Assembly (NCBI GenBank): GCA_964514965.1
Contig: CAZETV010000001.1
Coordinates: forward strand, 150,001 to 182,000
Length of the DNA: 32,000 nucleotides
Direction: 5' to 3'
Source of the DNA: Candidatus Hadarchaeota archaeon
GTDB lineage: Archaea > Hadarchaeota > Hadarchaeia > Hadarchaeales > Hadarchaeaceae
A program made the translations under genes and the position numbers. Of the stretch, positions 8,817 through 17,074 are shown one piece after another (within the stretch, counting starts at the first letter, position 1; every line of letters starts with the position of its first letter). Under the pieces are notes generated by a model that was given only the letters and a program-made list of their open reading frames with translations, searched no databases and was not told the DNA's origin.

Positions 8817-10259
8817 TTAGGGAATAAATAGGAAATTTTTAAACTGCCATAAATCCTCATTTGCATTTGCATCCGGGTTTTCCTTAAAAAATATTTTCCT
8901 GTTTTTTAACGGGGTCCAGTCGTACGGTTTCGATACGACTCTGCCCAAGTATGGCTTCGCTATTTCCAGAATGTAATCATGAGGCAAGTCGTCCGGCAGG
9001 CAAACTCCCCTTCTCGGGTTTTCCAGCATCCAACACACCGCCGAAACAACCCCCGCCGCCACCTGGAGCGTCGTGGCATTTTCCCCCGGCGCCAGTTTTC
9101 TCGCCTCGTCTATGCTCAGCATGCTCCCCGTCCACCAAGAATTGTATTTGTGTCCCATCAACAGTGCACCCAGTATGTCCTCTCCGCCAGTTATTTCGTC
9201 ATTCATGATCCTAATTTTTGGCTGCATCCGGTAGTTTCTCGATCGCAGTTCGTGCAGTGACGATAGCGTCTCGTGGCATGTAAAGTATGCGTAATGAACC
9301 GTCGGCCGATACACCGCTTTGCCGTTTTTCCAGACGGTCAATCTATCAGATATCCCGAACGCCTCCCCGTGCCGAATCACCATTCCGATTATCTCCTCGT
9401 TCGGTATCCACGACCTCACCCAAGTGTTGATGCCCATCTGCGCGAGGAAAATTTGGTTTTTGAGCCCGTAAGGCGGCACATGCGCCAGTCTGGGGAGTTG
9501 CTTTTCGTGCGTCCCCCATCCCATCTCTGCTGGCGCCGTTCCCTCCTCCCTGAGCCCCTCTATGCTCCACGTCCCCACAAACTCGTTGACCTCCTTTGGC
9601 CTGTTGGTTATTTGCGTGTCCCGCTCGCTGCAGTGGATCACTTTTACCCCCAAATTCATCGAAAGCTCTGCGAAGTTTTTCTTCTCTATCAGTCCTCTGA
9701 GTTTTTTGGCTTCTTTTGCTGAGACCTTCTTATCAGCGATTAGCCTATTTGCGATATCTATCAACGCCTGTTTTGTGAAGTGCGATATCAACCCGGGATT
9801 TGCTCCATGATCCAGCACTGCGGTCGTGGCATTTTCCCAATTCTTGGTCAGCTCCCTTATTTGCATTTGTCGGTAGTAAAGGGATTTTTCGAACGGAGTT
9901 TTCTTTTCCATGTCCAACTCAGGGTTCCACTGCTCCACCGATGTGTTCACATACAGGACTTCATGGTCGTGGCACCACTTTAGTACGTCGTTGCATCCTA
10001 TGTTCCACGCCAGGTCTACAAGCAGCCCGCCATCGTCAAGGTGCTCGGACAGGACTCTTTCGAGATTTTGTCGCGTTATTTTTTTACGTACGAACTTTAT
10101 TTCCTTGTCCGTCCATTTTTTCAGCGACTCGCCCTTGTCCTCAAAATCGATTATGGTCATATTTTGGCACGATATTTTCACGTGCTTCAGAAGCAACGGT
10201 AAAGTGCATTTCGCCACAGCGCCGTAACCCAGCATCAGAACTTTGCCCTCAAATTTCAT
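8817..10259 (-). CDS. Homospermidine synthase (saccharopine dehydrogenase-like)
   Basis: MKFEGKVLMLGYGAVAKCTLPLLLKH, DLAWNIGCNDVLKWCHDHEVLYVNTSVEQW, VLDHGANPGLISHFTKQAL, GWGTHEKQLPRLA, ILGALLMGHKYNSWWTGSMLSIDEAR, and CLPDDLPHDYIL match the bacterial-type homospermidine synthase. It is 17 nt upstream of the decarboxylase. Confidence 0.85.
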   Translation of the reverse strand: MKFEGKVLMLGYGAVAKCTLPLLLKHVKISCQNMTIIDFEDKGESLKKWTDKEIKFVRKKITRQNLERVLSEHLDDGGLLVDLAWNIGCNDVLKWCHDHEVLYVNTSVEQWNPELDMEKKTPFEKSLYYRQMQIRELTKNWENATTAVLDHGANPGLISHFTKQALIDIANRLIADKKVSAKEAKKLRGLIEKKNFAELSMNLGVKVIHCSERDTQITNRPKEVNEFVGTWSIEGLREEGTAPAEMGWGTHEKQLPRLAHVPPYGLKNQIFLAQMGINTWVRSWIPNEEIIGMVIRHGEAFGISDRLTVWKNGKAVYRPTVHYAYFTCHETLSSLHELRSRNYRMQPKIRIMNDEITGGEDILGALLMGHKYNSWWTGSMLSIDEARKLAPGENATTLQVAAGVVSAVCWMLENPRRGVCLPDDLPHDYILEIAKPYLGRVVSKPYDWTPLKNRKIFFKENPDANANEDLWQFKNFLFIP

Positions 10260-10384
10260 CGTTGTTACTCCCCCGCCATAATGAACATCTTCGAAAATAA
10301 AAGTAATTGCCTATGCACGTGACCGCACCACCATGCGCTTCCAATGAAGTTAACTTTGAAATGAATTGAACTTTGCGTAATACA

Positions 10385-10391
10385 TTTATAA
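10385..10391 (+). promoter_or_regulatory. TATA-like box for the NiCoT-like permease
   Basis: tttataa about 30-36 nt upstream of the ATG at 10421, consistent with a leaderless or short-leader mRNA starting at 10421 rather than the tracked start at 10373. Confidence 0.4.
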
Positions 10392-10420
10392 CGACAAATA
10401 ATATCAAACTGGGCGCTAAA

Positions 10421-11068
10421 ATGTTCTTGTTGGCTCTCGCATTAGCACTTGGATTCAAACACGCGTACGATGCGGATCACCTAGTTGCGGTATCTAACTT
10501 TCTAATCAGAAGCCCGAGCATCCGAAATACTGCGGCAATGAGCTTGAATTGGGCGTTTGGGCACTTGCTCACCGCTGGGGCGATTACCCTGTTGCTCTAC
10601 GCGGCTTTCTCGGAAGTCATCATCTCATCGCTCAGCTACTTCGAGCTCGGCGTCGGAGTGATGCTCATCGTTCTAGGGATTATCGGCATCGCGTTGGAAA
10701 CAGGGCAATTTCACATCCACTTCCATAAGCACGGGAAGGTCTCGCACGCCCACTCCCACGTCCACGCTTTTGGGCTGCGAAGGCACTTTCACCCGCATCT
10801 CTTCGCTGTGGGGGCCATCCAAGGACTCGCGAGCAACGATGAACTATTCACCTTGCTCGTGGTCTCGCTAGGCGTTGCCACGATGCCCGGGTTGCTCCTA
10901 AACGTCGGGATTTATAGCCTCGGTGTGGCCCTCGGGATGGTGCTGTTCGGATGCCTCATGATCTATCCCGTGGCACGAATCGGTGCAGAAAAAGCCAAGC
11001 GAATTATCGGTGTTTCCGTTGGGGTAATCAGCATCTTTTATGGGATATTCTTATTGTTAGGGCTCTAG
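10421..11068 (+). CDS. NiCoT-like nickel/cobalt permease
   Basis: GFKHAYDADHLVAVSNFL (HX4DH signature), His-rich loop HIHFHKHGKVSHAHSHVHAFGLRRHFHPH, multiple TM helices. Confidence 0.75.
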   Translation: MFLLALALALGFKHAYDADHLVAVSNFLIRSPSIRNTAAMSLNWAFGHLLTAGAITLLLYAAFSEVIISSLSYFELGVGVMLIVLGIIGIALETGQFHIHFHKHGKVSHAHSHVHAFGLRRHFHPHLFAVGAIQGLASNDELFTLLVVSLGVATMPGLLLNVGIYSLGVALGMVLFGCLMIYPVARIGAEKAKRIIGVSVGVISIFYGIFLLLGL

Positions 11069-11119
11069 ATCTCCAGCGCCAGACGGCTTTGCTATAATAA
11101 TATAAGTCAGATAATAAGG

Positions 11120-11135
11120 CGATTTTATTAGCAGA
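11120..11135 (+). repeat. Short repeat copy 1: CGATTTTATTAGCAGA
   Basis: Direct match to the 16-mer CGAYTTTATTAGCARA, upstream of the small ORF 11167-11349. Confidence 0.6.
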
Positions 11136-11166
11136 CTGGATATATTATTGATTAGAGGGTAAAGAC

Positions 11167-11349
11167 ATGGAGTACAGATACAAAAGGCACATAACAAACA
11201 CATTGCTGTACGTAGCAATTATAACAGCCTTGATAGCAATTATAATGCAATACACAAAAGCAGGGGCTATCGTTTTTGCTGTTATAAGCGTTGTTTTGCT
11301 GGGCGCTGACAGATACGTAGAGAATAATCATTTGAAAGAAGAACGATAA
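11167..11349 (+). CDS. Small membrane protein (60 aa, about two TM helices)
   Basis: ATG start, MEYRYKRHITNTLLYVAIITALIAIIMQYTKAGAIVFAVISVVLLGADRYVENNHLKEER; GAGGG-like ribosome-binding sequence upstream. Confidence 0.6.
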   Translation: MEYRYKRHITNTLLYVAIITALIAIIMQYTKAGAIVFAVISVVLLGADRYVENNHLKEER

Positions 11350-11351
11350 AC

Positions 11352-11385
11352 CGACTTTATTAGCAGAATCGACTTTATTAGCAAA
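11352..11385 (+). repeat. Tandem short repeat, copies 2 and 3: CGACTTTATTAGCAGAAT-CGACTTTATTAGCAAA
   Basis: Two 16-mer copies at 18-nt spacing (11352-11367 and 11370-11385), starting 2 nt after the stop codon of the small ORF. Confidence 0.7.
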
Positions 11386-11404
11386 GCCGCGCCAGACCTA
11401 CCAT

Positions 11405-11956
11405 CTATAAATCTCGGTGGCCCGCCACACTCTTTTTCAGGACACCTTGAATTTCCTCGTGAAGTACCTTGAAGCGATCAAGCGCAGGGTGAGTTTGCCC
11501 GAGTTCTGATTTAAAGCAATCGAGAGCTCGCTCGTACGATGCTATGCGGTGCCCCATCACCAGCTTATCCGCATAGGCGATAATCTTCTCCTCGAGCGTT
11601 CGGGGTATGAAATCTCGCGCTGGGAGCCCGAGCTCTTTTGCCTCTTTAGCGGGGATACCGGCACCCAAATGGCACTCGGCGAACCGCTCAAATTTGCTTA
11701 ATCCACGCCCCCGCAGGATTTTGGCTCCCTCGATCCCGTGTTTGATATCGTGCGTCTGAGCTCGCCCGATATCGTGCAACAACGCGCCTAAACTTACCGA
11801 CTTTAAATCAATTTTATGCCCATTTGCCCGAATTCGCCGAGCGAGCCTTAAAGAAACCCGCTCGACGACAAGCGAGTGCTGGATAACTCCTCTTGAACAG
11901 CCAGCCTCGCGCAGCGCGCGAAGCGCTTCCTCACGCCCGAGCAACTGATTCCCCAC
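11405..11956 (-). CDS. HD-domain phosphohydrolase-like protein
   Basis: HSLVVERVSLRLARRI, SLGALLHDIGRAQTHDIKHG, and AYADKLVMGHRIASYERAL are HD/HDIG-type motifs. Confidence 0.75.
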   Translation of the reverse strand: MGNQLLGREEALRALREAGCSRGVIQHSLVVERVSLRLARRIRANGHKIDLKSVSLGALLHDIGRAQTHDIKHGIEGAKILRGRGLSKFERFAECHLGAGIPAKEAKELGLPARDFIPRTLEEKIIAYADKLVMGHRIASYERALDCFKSELGQTHPALDRFKVLHEEIQGVLKKSVAGHRDL

Positions 11957-12082
11957 TAATTAAGAAAAGCAATACCACTTATTTTTTTGTGTTGCACAGC
12001 TTTTTTGTCAATTCTAACGTTATAAAGACAGCAAAGAGGATATTTCTGAAAACTGATGCTTTGAAATCGCCGAAAAATGTAA

Positions 12083-12694
12083 CTAAATATCTATAAGATT
12101 ATGTCGGAGCGATTCGATTTGACGTTCGAGCGCCATGATTACATTTGAGTTATCATAAGGTTCCAACTTCTCCCCACATCGCGGGCACTTAAAGTCGTTC
12201 TCCACAGCGAGCTCAAAGGATAACTTTGGGTCTCCGTTCCCGCAACTGAAGAAACTCGTGCCTCGCTCCGTATCGAGTCGATTCTCGAGCTTTTGTATGA
12301 GTTGGCGCTTGTTGTTTTTGAAGTACTCATTCGCACGCTCTGGCTCGATCCGCCAGTAATAGACGTACCATCCGCTGTGCTCGTCCCGAACCCTGTGATA
12401 GCTCACCACGCGGTTCTCGTATAGGCTGTAGAGGATTTTCCGCACAAGATTTACTCGGATGCCCAACCGCTTCGCTATCTCATCGTCTGTGATCTCCTTC
12501 TCCACGAGCTCTTTAGCTACGTTATACCCGCGGTCGCCAGCTATCCGGATGAGAATCTCCTTCAAAACAGGGTCATCCGATGGCTTTGGGTGGGCTTTCT
12601 TTTTTACTTCTGCGCGCTTTTTAACAACTTTCTTAGCTTTTTTCGCTTTCTTATGGCTAATTTTTTTGCTCACTTTTTTGCTCATTTTATCCAC
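12083..12694 (-). CDS. tfe: Transcription factor E (TFE alpha)
   Basis: N-terminal winged helix (DPVLKEILIRIAGDRGYNVAKELVEKEITDDEIAKRLGIRVNLVRKILYSLYENRVVSYHRVRDEHSGWYVYYWRIEPE), C-terminal zinc-ribbon-like region ending FKCPRCGEKLEPYDNSNVI, and a Lys-rich N-terminal extension. Confidence 0.88.
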   Translation of the reverse strand: MDKMSKKVSKKISHKKAKKAKKVVKKRAEVKKKAHPKPSDDPVLKEILIRIAGDRGYNVAKELVEKEITDDEIAKRLGIRVNLVRKILYSLYENRVVSYHRVRDEHSGWYVYYWRIEPERANEYFKNNKRQLIQKLENRLDTERGTSFFSCGNGDPKLSFELAVENDFKCPRCGEKLEPYDNSNVIMALERQIESLRHNLIDI

Positions 12695-12988
12695 CTAATG
12701 CAGCGATATATTGTTTCTATTATTTTGCAAAAACTAATAAATATAATTAACGTGCTTAACGTTCGAAAAATGCAAAATTCGTGGCTTTTTATCGGTTTTT
12801 TTTGATTTTTATACCTTTTAAATAATGTTGATTTAAATTATACACTAAAAAACCTTTTTTTCTAAGTTCGAAGCTTCTAAAAAGTATATTGATGAAAACG
12901 ACTGGTTTAGCTACCCCAAATAAATCGTCAACTTCATAACTTGCATTTTTTCCCACAAGTGTCTGTTTCGAGTGTTTTGTTGACTATT

Positions 12989-14056
12989 TCAAGCGGACCC
13001 CGCACTCCCGAAAACTTTCGTCCTTATTGTTTCGATGAGCGAATTCAGGTTTGTGCCCTTACGCGCCGATATGGGGATAGTAAACATCGTTACGTCGTTC
13101 AGGGTCTTGAGCTTGTGTCCGAGTTCCTCGCACGGGATGAGATCGATCTTGTTGAGGGCCGCGACCACCTTCACGGGGTACTCCGCCAGCACCTCTCGGG
13201 ATGCCTGAAACTTTCGGAGAATTTCTGGCAAGGGTTCGGAGATATCGAGCACGAGCACCGCGAGGTCGGCCAAGTAAATCTCCTCAAGCGTCGCCTTGAA
13301 GGCCTCGACCAGCCACGGGGGCAGACCGTCGATGAAGCCCACGGTGTCAGTTAGCAAAATCATTCGACTCGCACGCATCGCCCGTGTGCGGGGCATTAGG
13401 GTGGTAAAAAGCATGTCGTCCACCTCGGCGTTCGCAGTGGTGAGCGCGTTGAGCAGCGTTGACTTGCCTGCATTGGTATACCCCGCTAGCGCCACAAGCT
13501 TGAACCCTCTCCTGTGCCTGCGCTTCCGTCGCTGCTCCCGCACGCTGGCGACCGACTTGAGTTTTCGCCTCAGATTCACAAGTTTCCGCTTGACCATGTC
13601 GTAGCGGACATCCACTTCGTACTCACCCCCACCCATCAAACCCGGCTGTTCGACTGACATGAGCGCTCGCACCTGTTCTCGAATTCTCGGCATCTCATAA
13701 CTCAACCTCGCATACTCGACCTGAAGCTTCGCCTCGGGCGACCCCGCGCGCATCGCGAATATTTCTAGAATAAGCTGGAAGCGGTCGATGACCTCGAGTC
13801 TCACAAGCCGCGAGAGCTTGTAAGCCTGTGAGGGGGTGAGTTGGTTATTAAAAATTACGCGGTTTGCACTCTTAGATCTGGCTAAATCCTTGAGCTCTTG
13901 AGCTTTGCCCTTGCCTATTAAATAAGCAGGGTCTGGCTTCCGTACTTGATCTAGCACGCCGACGACTTCATAGTTGAGCGTTCGCGCCAAAGCTACCAGT
14001 TCCCTCAAGCCAGATTTTTCACCTGGTGAGCGAAGTTCGGTGAGCACGACACGCAT
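12989..14056 (-). CDS. hflX: GTPase HflX
   Basis: VIFNNQLTPSQAYKLSRLVRLEVIDRFQLILEIFAMRAGSPEAKLQVEYARLSYEMPRIR and the G1 motif VALAGYTNAGKSTLLNALT, TLMPRTRAMR, LLTDTVGFI. Confidence 0.93.
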   Translation of the reverse strand: MRVVLTELRSPGEKSGLRELVALARTLNYEVVGVLDQVRKPDPAYLIGKGKAQELKDLARSKSANRVIFNNQLTPSQAYKLSRLVRLEVIDRFQLILEIFAMRAGSPEAKLQVEYARLSYEMPRIREQVRALMSVEQPGLMGGGEYEVDVRYDMVKRKLVNLRRKLKSVASVREQRRKRRHRRGFKLVALAGYTNAGKSTLLNALTTANAEVDDMLFTTLMPRTRAMRASRMILLTDTVGFIDGLPPWLVEAFKATLEEIYLADLAVLVLDISEPLPEILRKFQASREVLAEYPVKVVAALNKIDLIPCEELGHKLKTLNDVTMFTIPISARKGTNLNSLIETIRTKVFGSAGSA

Positions 14057-14190
14057 ATAGCATCATTTAACATATCGTGCACAAATCAAAAAAGATAGAG
14101 GATATTGAAAAACATCTACTTATCCTTAACCATTGTTTCCACTAAAGTTTTTAATCTATACTTTAACAGAGTATCTCACGGAGAGAGAAA

Positions 14191-15406
14191 ATTGTCAGAA
14201 ACAACCAAACCTAAGGAGCCGAAAGATAACACTTTCGACAAAACATACGTCACCGACTACATTCACAACCTAGAGGGCCGAGTCCGTGACTTGGAGCATG
14301 AAAAACGTTCGTTCGAAACTCAGTATCTAAAGATCGAGCAAGAACTCCAGAGCCTCCGTGCCGAATTAGACCGTATGCGTGCGCCGCCACTTCTTTCCGC
14401 AACCTTGATTGATATGCTCGAAGATGGGCGCGCAGTAGTGCGAAGTAGCGCTGGCCCGCATTTCGTTGTCGCTACTTCACAATTCATCAAGCCTGAAGAG
14501 CTCAAGCCTGGAGTGCGAGTCGCGCTAAACCAGCGTAACTTCAGTATAATGGAGGTGCTACCCTCGAAGAAGGATCCGCTCGTGCTGGGGATGGAGATCG
14601 AGGAAGCGCCTGATGTCAGCTATGGCGAGGTAGGTGGGCTGGAGAACCAAATTCAAGAGATTCGAGAAAGCGTTGAACTCCCGATGCTCAAACCGAAGCT
14701 CTTCAAGAAGGTAGGGATCGAGCCGCCTAAAGGAGTTCTTCTTTACGGGCCCCCAGGGACTGGAAAAACCCTGCTTGCTCGAGCGGTAGCCCACGAAACC
14801 CGCGCGACGTTCATCCGCGTGATAGGCTCCGAGCTCGTGCAGAAATACATCGGCGAAGGGGCCCGGATGGTGCGCGAGATGTTTGAACTTGCCCAGGAGA
14901 AGGCGCCCTCAATCGTCTTCATTGATGAGCTTGACGCGATAGCGGCCCGTCGTCTCGACACCTCGACGAGTGGGGACCGTGAAGTCCACCGTACGCTCAT
15001 GCAGTTGTTGGCAGAAGTGGATGGGTTCGAACCACGGGGGGATGTCAAGATCTTGGCAGCCACCAATCGTCCGGACATACTCGACCCAGCACTACTCCGT
15101 CCCGGACGCTTCGATAGACTTATTTACTTTCCTCTGCCTGATTCGGAGGCACGGATTACCATCTTCAAAATTCACGTGAAGGGGATGAATCTCGCGAAGA
15201 ACGTGAGCGTGAAGGAACTCGCGAAGCGGAGCGAACGAGCGACAGGTGCCGATATAAAAGCTATCTGCACCGAAGCTGGCATGTTCGCCATCCGTGAGGG
15301 GCGGGAACAGGTCGATAGGAAGGACTTCGAGCGGGCTATCGCGAAAGTCCTGCCAATAGTCAGGGTACCTGAAGCTCCAAAGCCGGAAAAGATGTTCGGC
15401 TATTGA
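14191..15406 (+). CDS. Proteasome-activating nucleotidase (PAN), AAA ATPase
   Basis: N-terminal coiled coil, OB domain, [60 protein letters not shown], and [13 protein letters not shown]. The TTG at 14191 preceded by ggagag is the more likely start than the tracked 14105. Confidence 0.9.
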
Positions 15407-15473
15407 TCGTTAGATGAAATCTTGCACCTAAATCTTCCACAAAATTCTTATCCCAATAAAACTCAATTCCAAA

Positions 15474-15537
15474 CGCCGATGATGTCACATATCGTCTGAG
15501 CATTCCGCAATGATTTGATGATGGGCGGACTGAGGCG
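15474..15537 (+). ncRNA. Candidate archaeal C/D box guide sRNA
   Basis: Terminal stem CGCC (15474-15477)/GGCG (15534-15537); C box ATGATGT (15479-15485); 10-nt guide CACATATCGT; D' box CTGA (15496-15499); spacer; C' box ATGATTT (15510-15516); 13-nt guide GATGATGGGCGGA; D box CTGA (15530-15533). Lies in the PAN/trpB2 intergenic region. Confidence 0.6.
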
Positions 15538-15607
15538 ACTTAAAATCCATTTTTGGGCCCATATCCGAGTCTATTAGAACGAACGCTACTGGTCGCTTTT
15601 ATTTACT

Positions 15608-16966
15608 TCAAACCTTTGGCACTTTCTTCAAAGCTTCCTTCACTAATTTAGAAGGATATTCGTAATTCGTGAGCTTGCCATGCAGGTAGGCATCGTAGGC
15701 GGCGAGGTCGAAGTGTCCGTGCCCGCTGTTCGCGAAGAAGATGACTTTTTCCTCACCAGTCTTCTTGCATCGCAGCGCCTCGTCAATCACCCCTTTAATG
15801 CAATGTGAAGTTTCCGGAGCCACGAGGATGCCCTCCGTTCGGGCGAAGGTAATTGCTGCTTTAAACACCTCGTTCTGGTGGTAGGACTCCGCTTCGACGA
15901 CTTTCTCGTTTACCAGTTTACAGAGTAGGGGCGCATCGCCATGATAGCGCAGTCCGCCAGCATGGATGGGTGGCGGCATGAAGCTATGCCCGAGCGTGTA
16001 CATCATGACTAGAGGGGTCATTCTGGCAGTGTCGCCGTGGTCGTACATGTATAAGCCCTTCGTTAGGGTCGGGCACGCCTTTGGCTCACACGCCACAGCC
16101 CTTAGCTCTGGCTTTTTCCCAGTCAACTTGTCCGCGATGAACGGGAATACAGCGCCCGAAAAGTTGCTCCCACCACCAACGCAACCAAACATAACGTCTG
16201 GGTAATCACCAGCGAGTTCAAATTGTTTTTTCGCCTCGAGGCCAACAACGGTCTGGTGAAGCAGGACGTGGTTGAGCACACTCCCGAGCGAGTATTTCGT
16301 GTCCTCGTGCTTCGCGGCATCCTCGACCGCCTCTGAAATTGCTATCCCCAAGCTCCCCGGGCAATTCGGGTCTTCTTTGAGTACTTTCTTTCCGTACTCC
16401 GTGCGATTGCTCGGACTCGGGATGCACTCCGCTCCCCAGCTCTCCATGAGGATGCGGCGGTAAGGCTTCTGATTGTAGCTCACGTGCACCATGTAGATAC
16501 TGCACTTCATCCCAAAGAGAAGAGTGCCAAAAGCCAGCGCGCTCCCCCATTGTCCGGCGCCGGTTTCGGTGGTGAGTCTCTGCACCCCTTCTTTCATGTT
16601 GAAATAAGCTTGAGCGACCGCCGTATTCGGCTTGTGACTGCCAGGCGGGCTAACGCCTTCCCACTTGTAGTAAATCTTGGCGGGGGTCTTGAGAGCGCGT
16701 TCGAGCCGCACCGCACGGTAAAGAGGGGAAGGTCGCCAGAGTCTGTAAATATCCCGAACTTCCTCTGGTATCTTAATCCATCTTTCGGTGCTGACCTCCT
16801 GCTTGATCAGTCCCATCGGGAAGATTGGCGCTAAATCCTTGGGACCTATTGGCTTCTTTGTCGCGGGGTTCAGCGGAGGCGGGACAGGCTTTGAGAGATC
16901 AGCCTGAATATTGTACCACGCTTTGGGAATCTCTTCTTCATCGAGTAGAAATTTCGTTTGGGTCAT
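15608..16966 (-). CDS. trpB2: Tryptophan synthase beta chain-like protein, TrpB2 type
   Basis: [85 protein letters not shown], and [15 protein letters not shown]. Confidence 0.93.
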   Translation of the reverse strand: MTQTKFLLDEEEIPKAWYNIQADLSKPVPPPLNPATKKPIGPKDLAPIFPMGLIKQEVSTERWIKIPEEVRDIYRLWRPSPLYRAVRLERALKTPAKIYYKWEGVSPPGSHKPNTAVAQAYFNMKEGVQRLTTETGAGQWGSALAFGTLLFGMKCSIYMVHVSYNQKPYRRILMESWGAECIPSPSNRTEYGKKVLKEDPNCPGSLGIAISEAVEDAAKHEDTKYSLGSVLNHVLLHQTVVGLEAKKQFELAGDYPDVMFGCVGGGSNFSGAVFPFIADKLTGKKPELRAVACEPKACPTLTKGLYMYDHGDTARMTPLVMMYTLGHSFMPPPIHAGGLRYHGDAPLLCKLVNEKVVEAESYHQNEVFKAAITFARTEGILVAPETSHCIKGVIDEALRCKKTGEEKVIFFANSGHGHFDLAAYDAYLHGKLTNYEYPSKLVKEALKKVPKV

Positions 16967-17074
16967 TTGACCATAAACAAATATCCCGTACTACTTAAAG
17001 CTTTATTGTACAAAATTTGACATTTAAATAATCGTGATGGATTTAATGAATTTTGTTGAAGGAAACCGGTGAAG

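Noticed and set aside
8951-9810. Several + strand and alternative - strand ORFs inside homospermidine synthase
   Set aside because: Arg/Pro/His-rich translations without motifs, fully contained in a well-supported 480-aa gene on the minus strand.
12700-12988. AT-rich intergenic region with T runs and an imperfect long-range AAAAATGCAA/TTGCATTTTT inverted match
   Set aside because: The base composition makes such matches likely by chance. I see no C/D boxes, tRNA-like fold or coding frame.
12989-13354. 137-aa + strand ORF inside hflX
   Set aside because: Antisense to intact HflX with full GTPase motifs; no domain signal of its own.
15517-15523. Alternative C' box reading GATGATG in the C/D sRNA candidate
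   Set aside because: It would leave only about 6 nt before the D box, too short for a guide. The ATGATTT reading at 15510-15516 gives a normal 13-nt guide.
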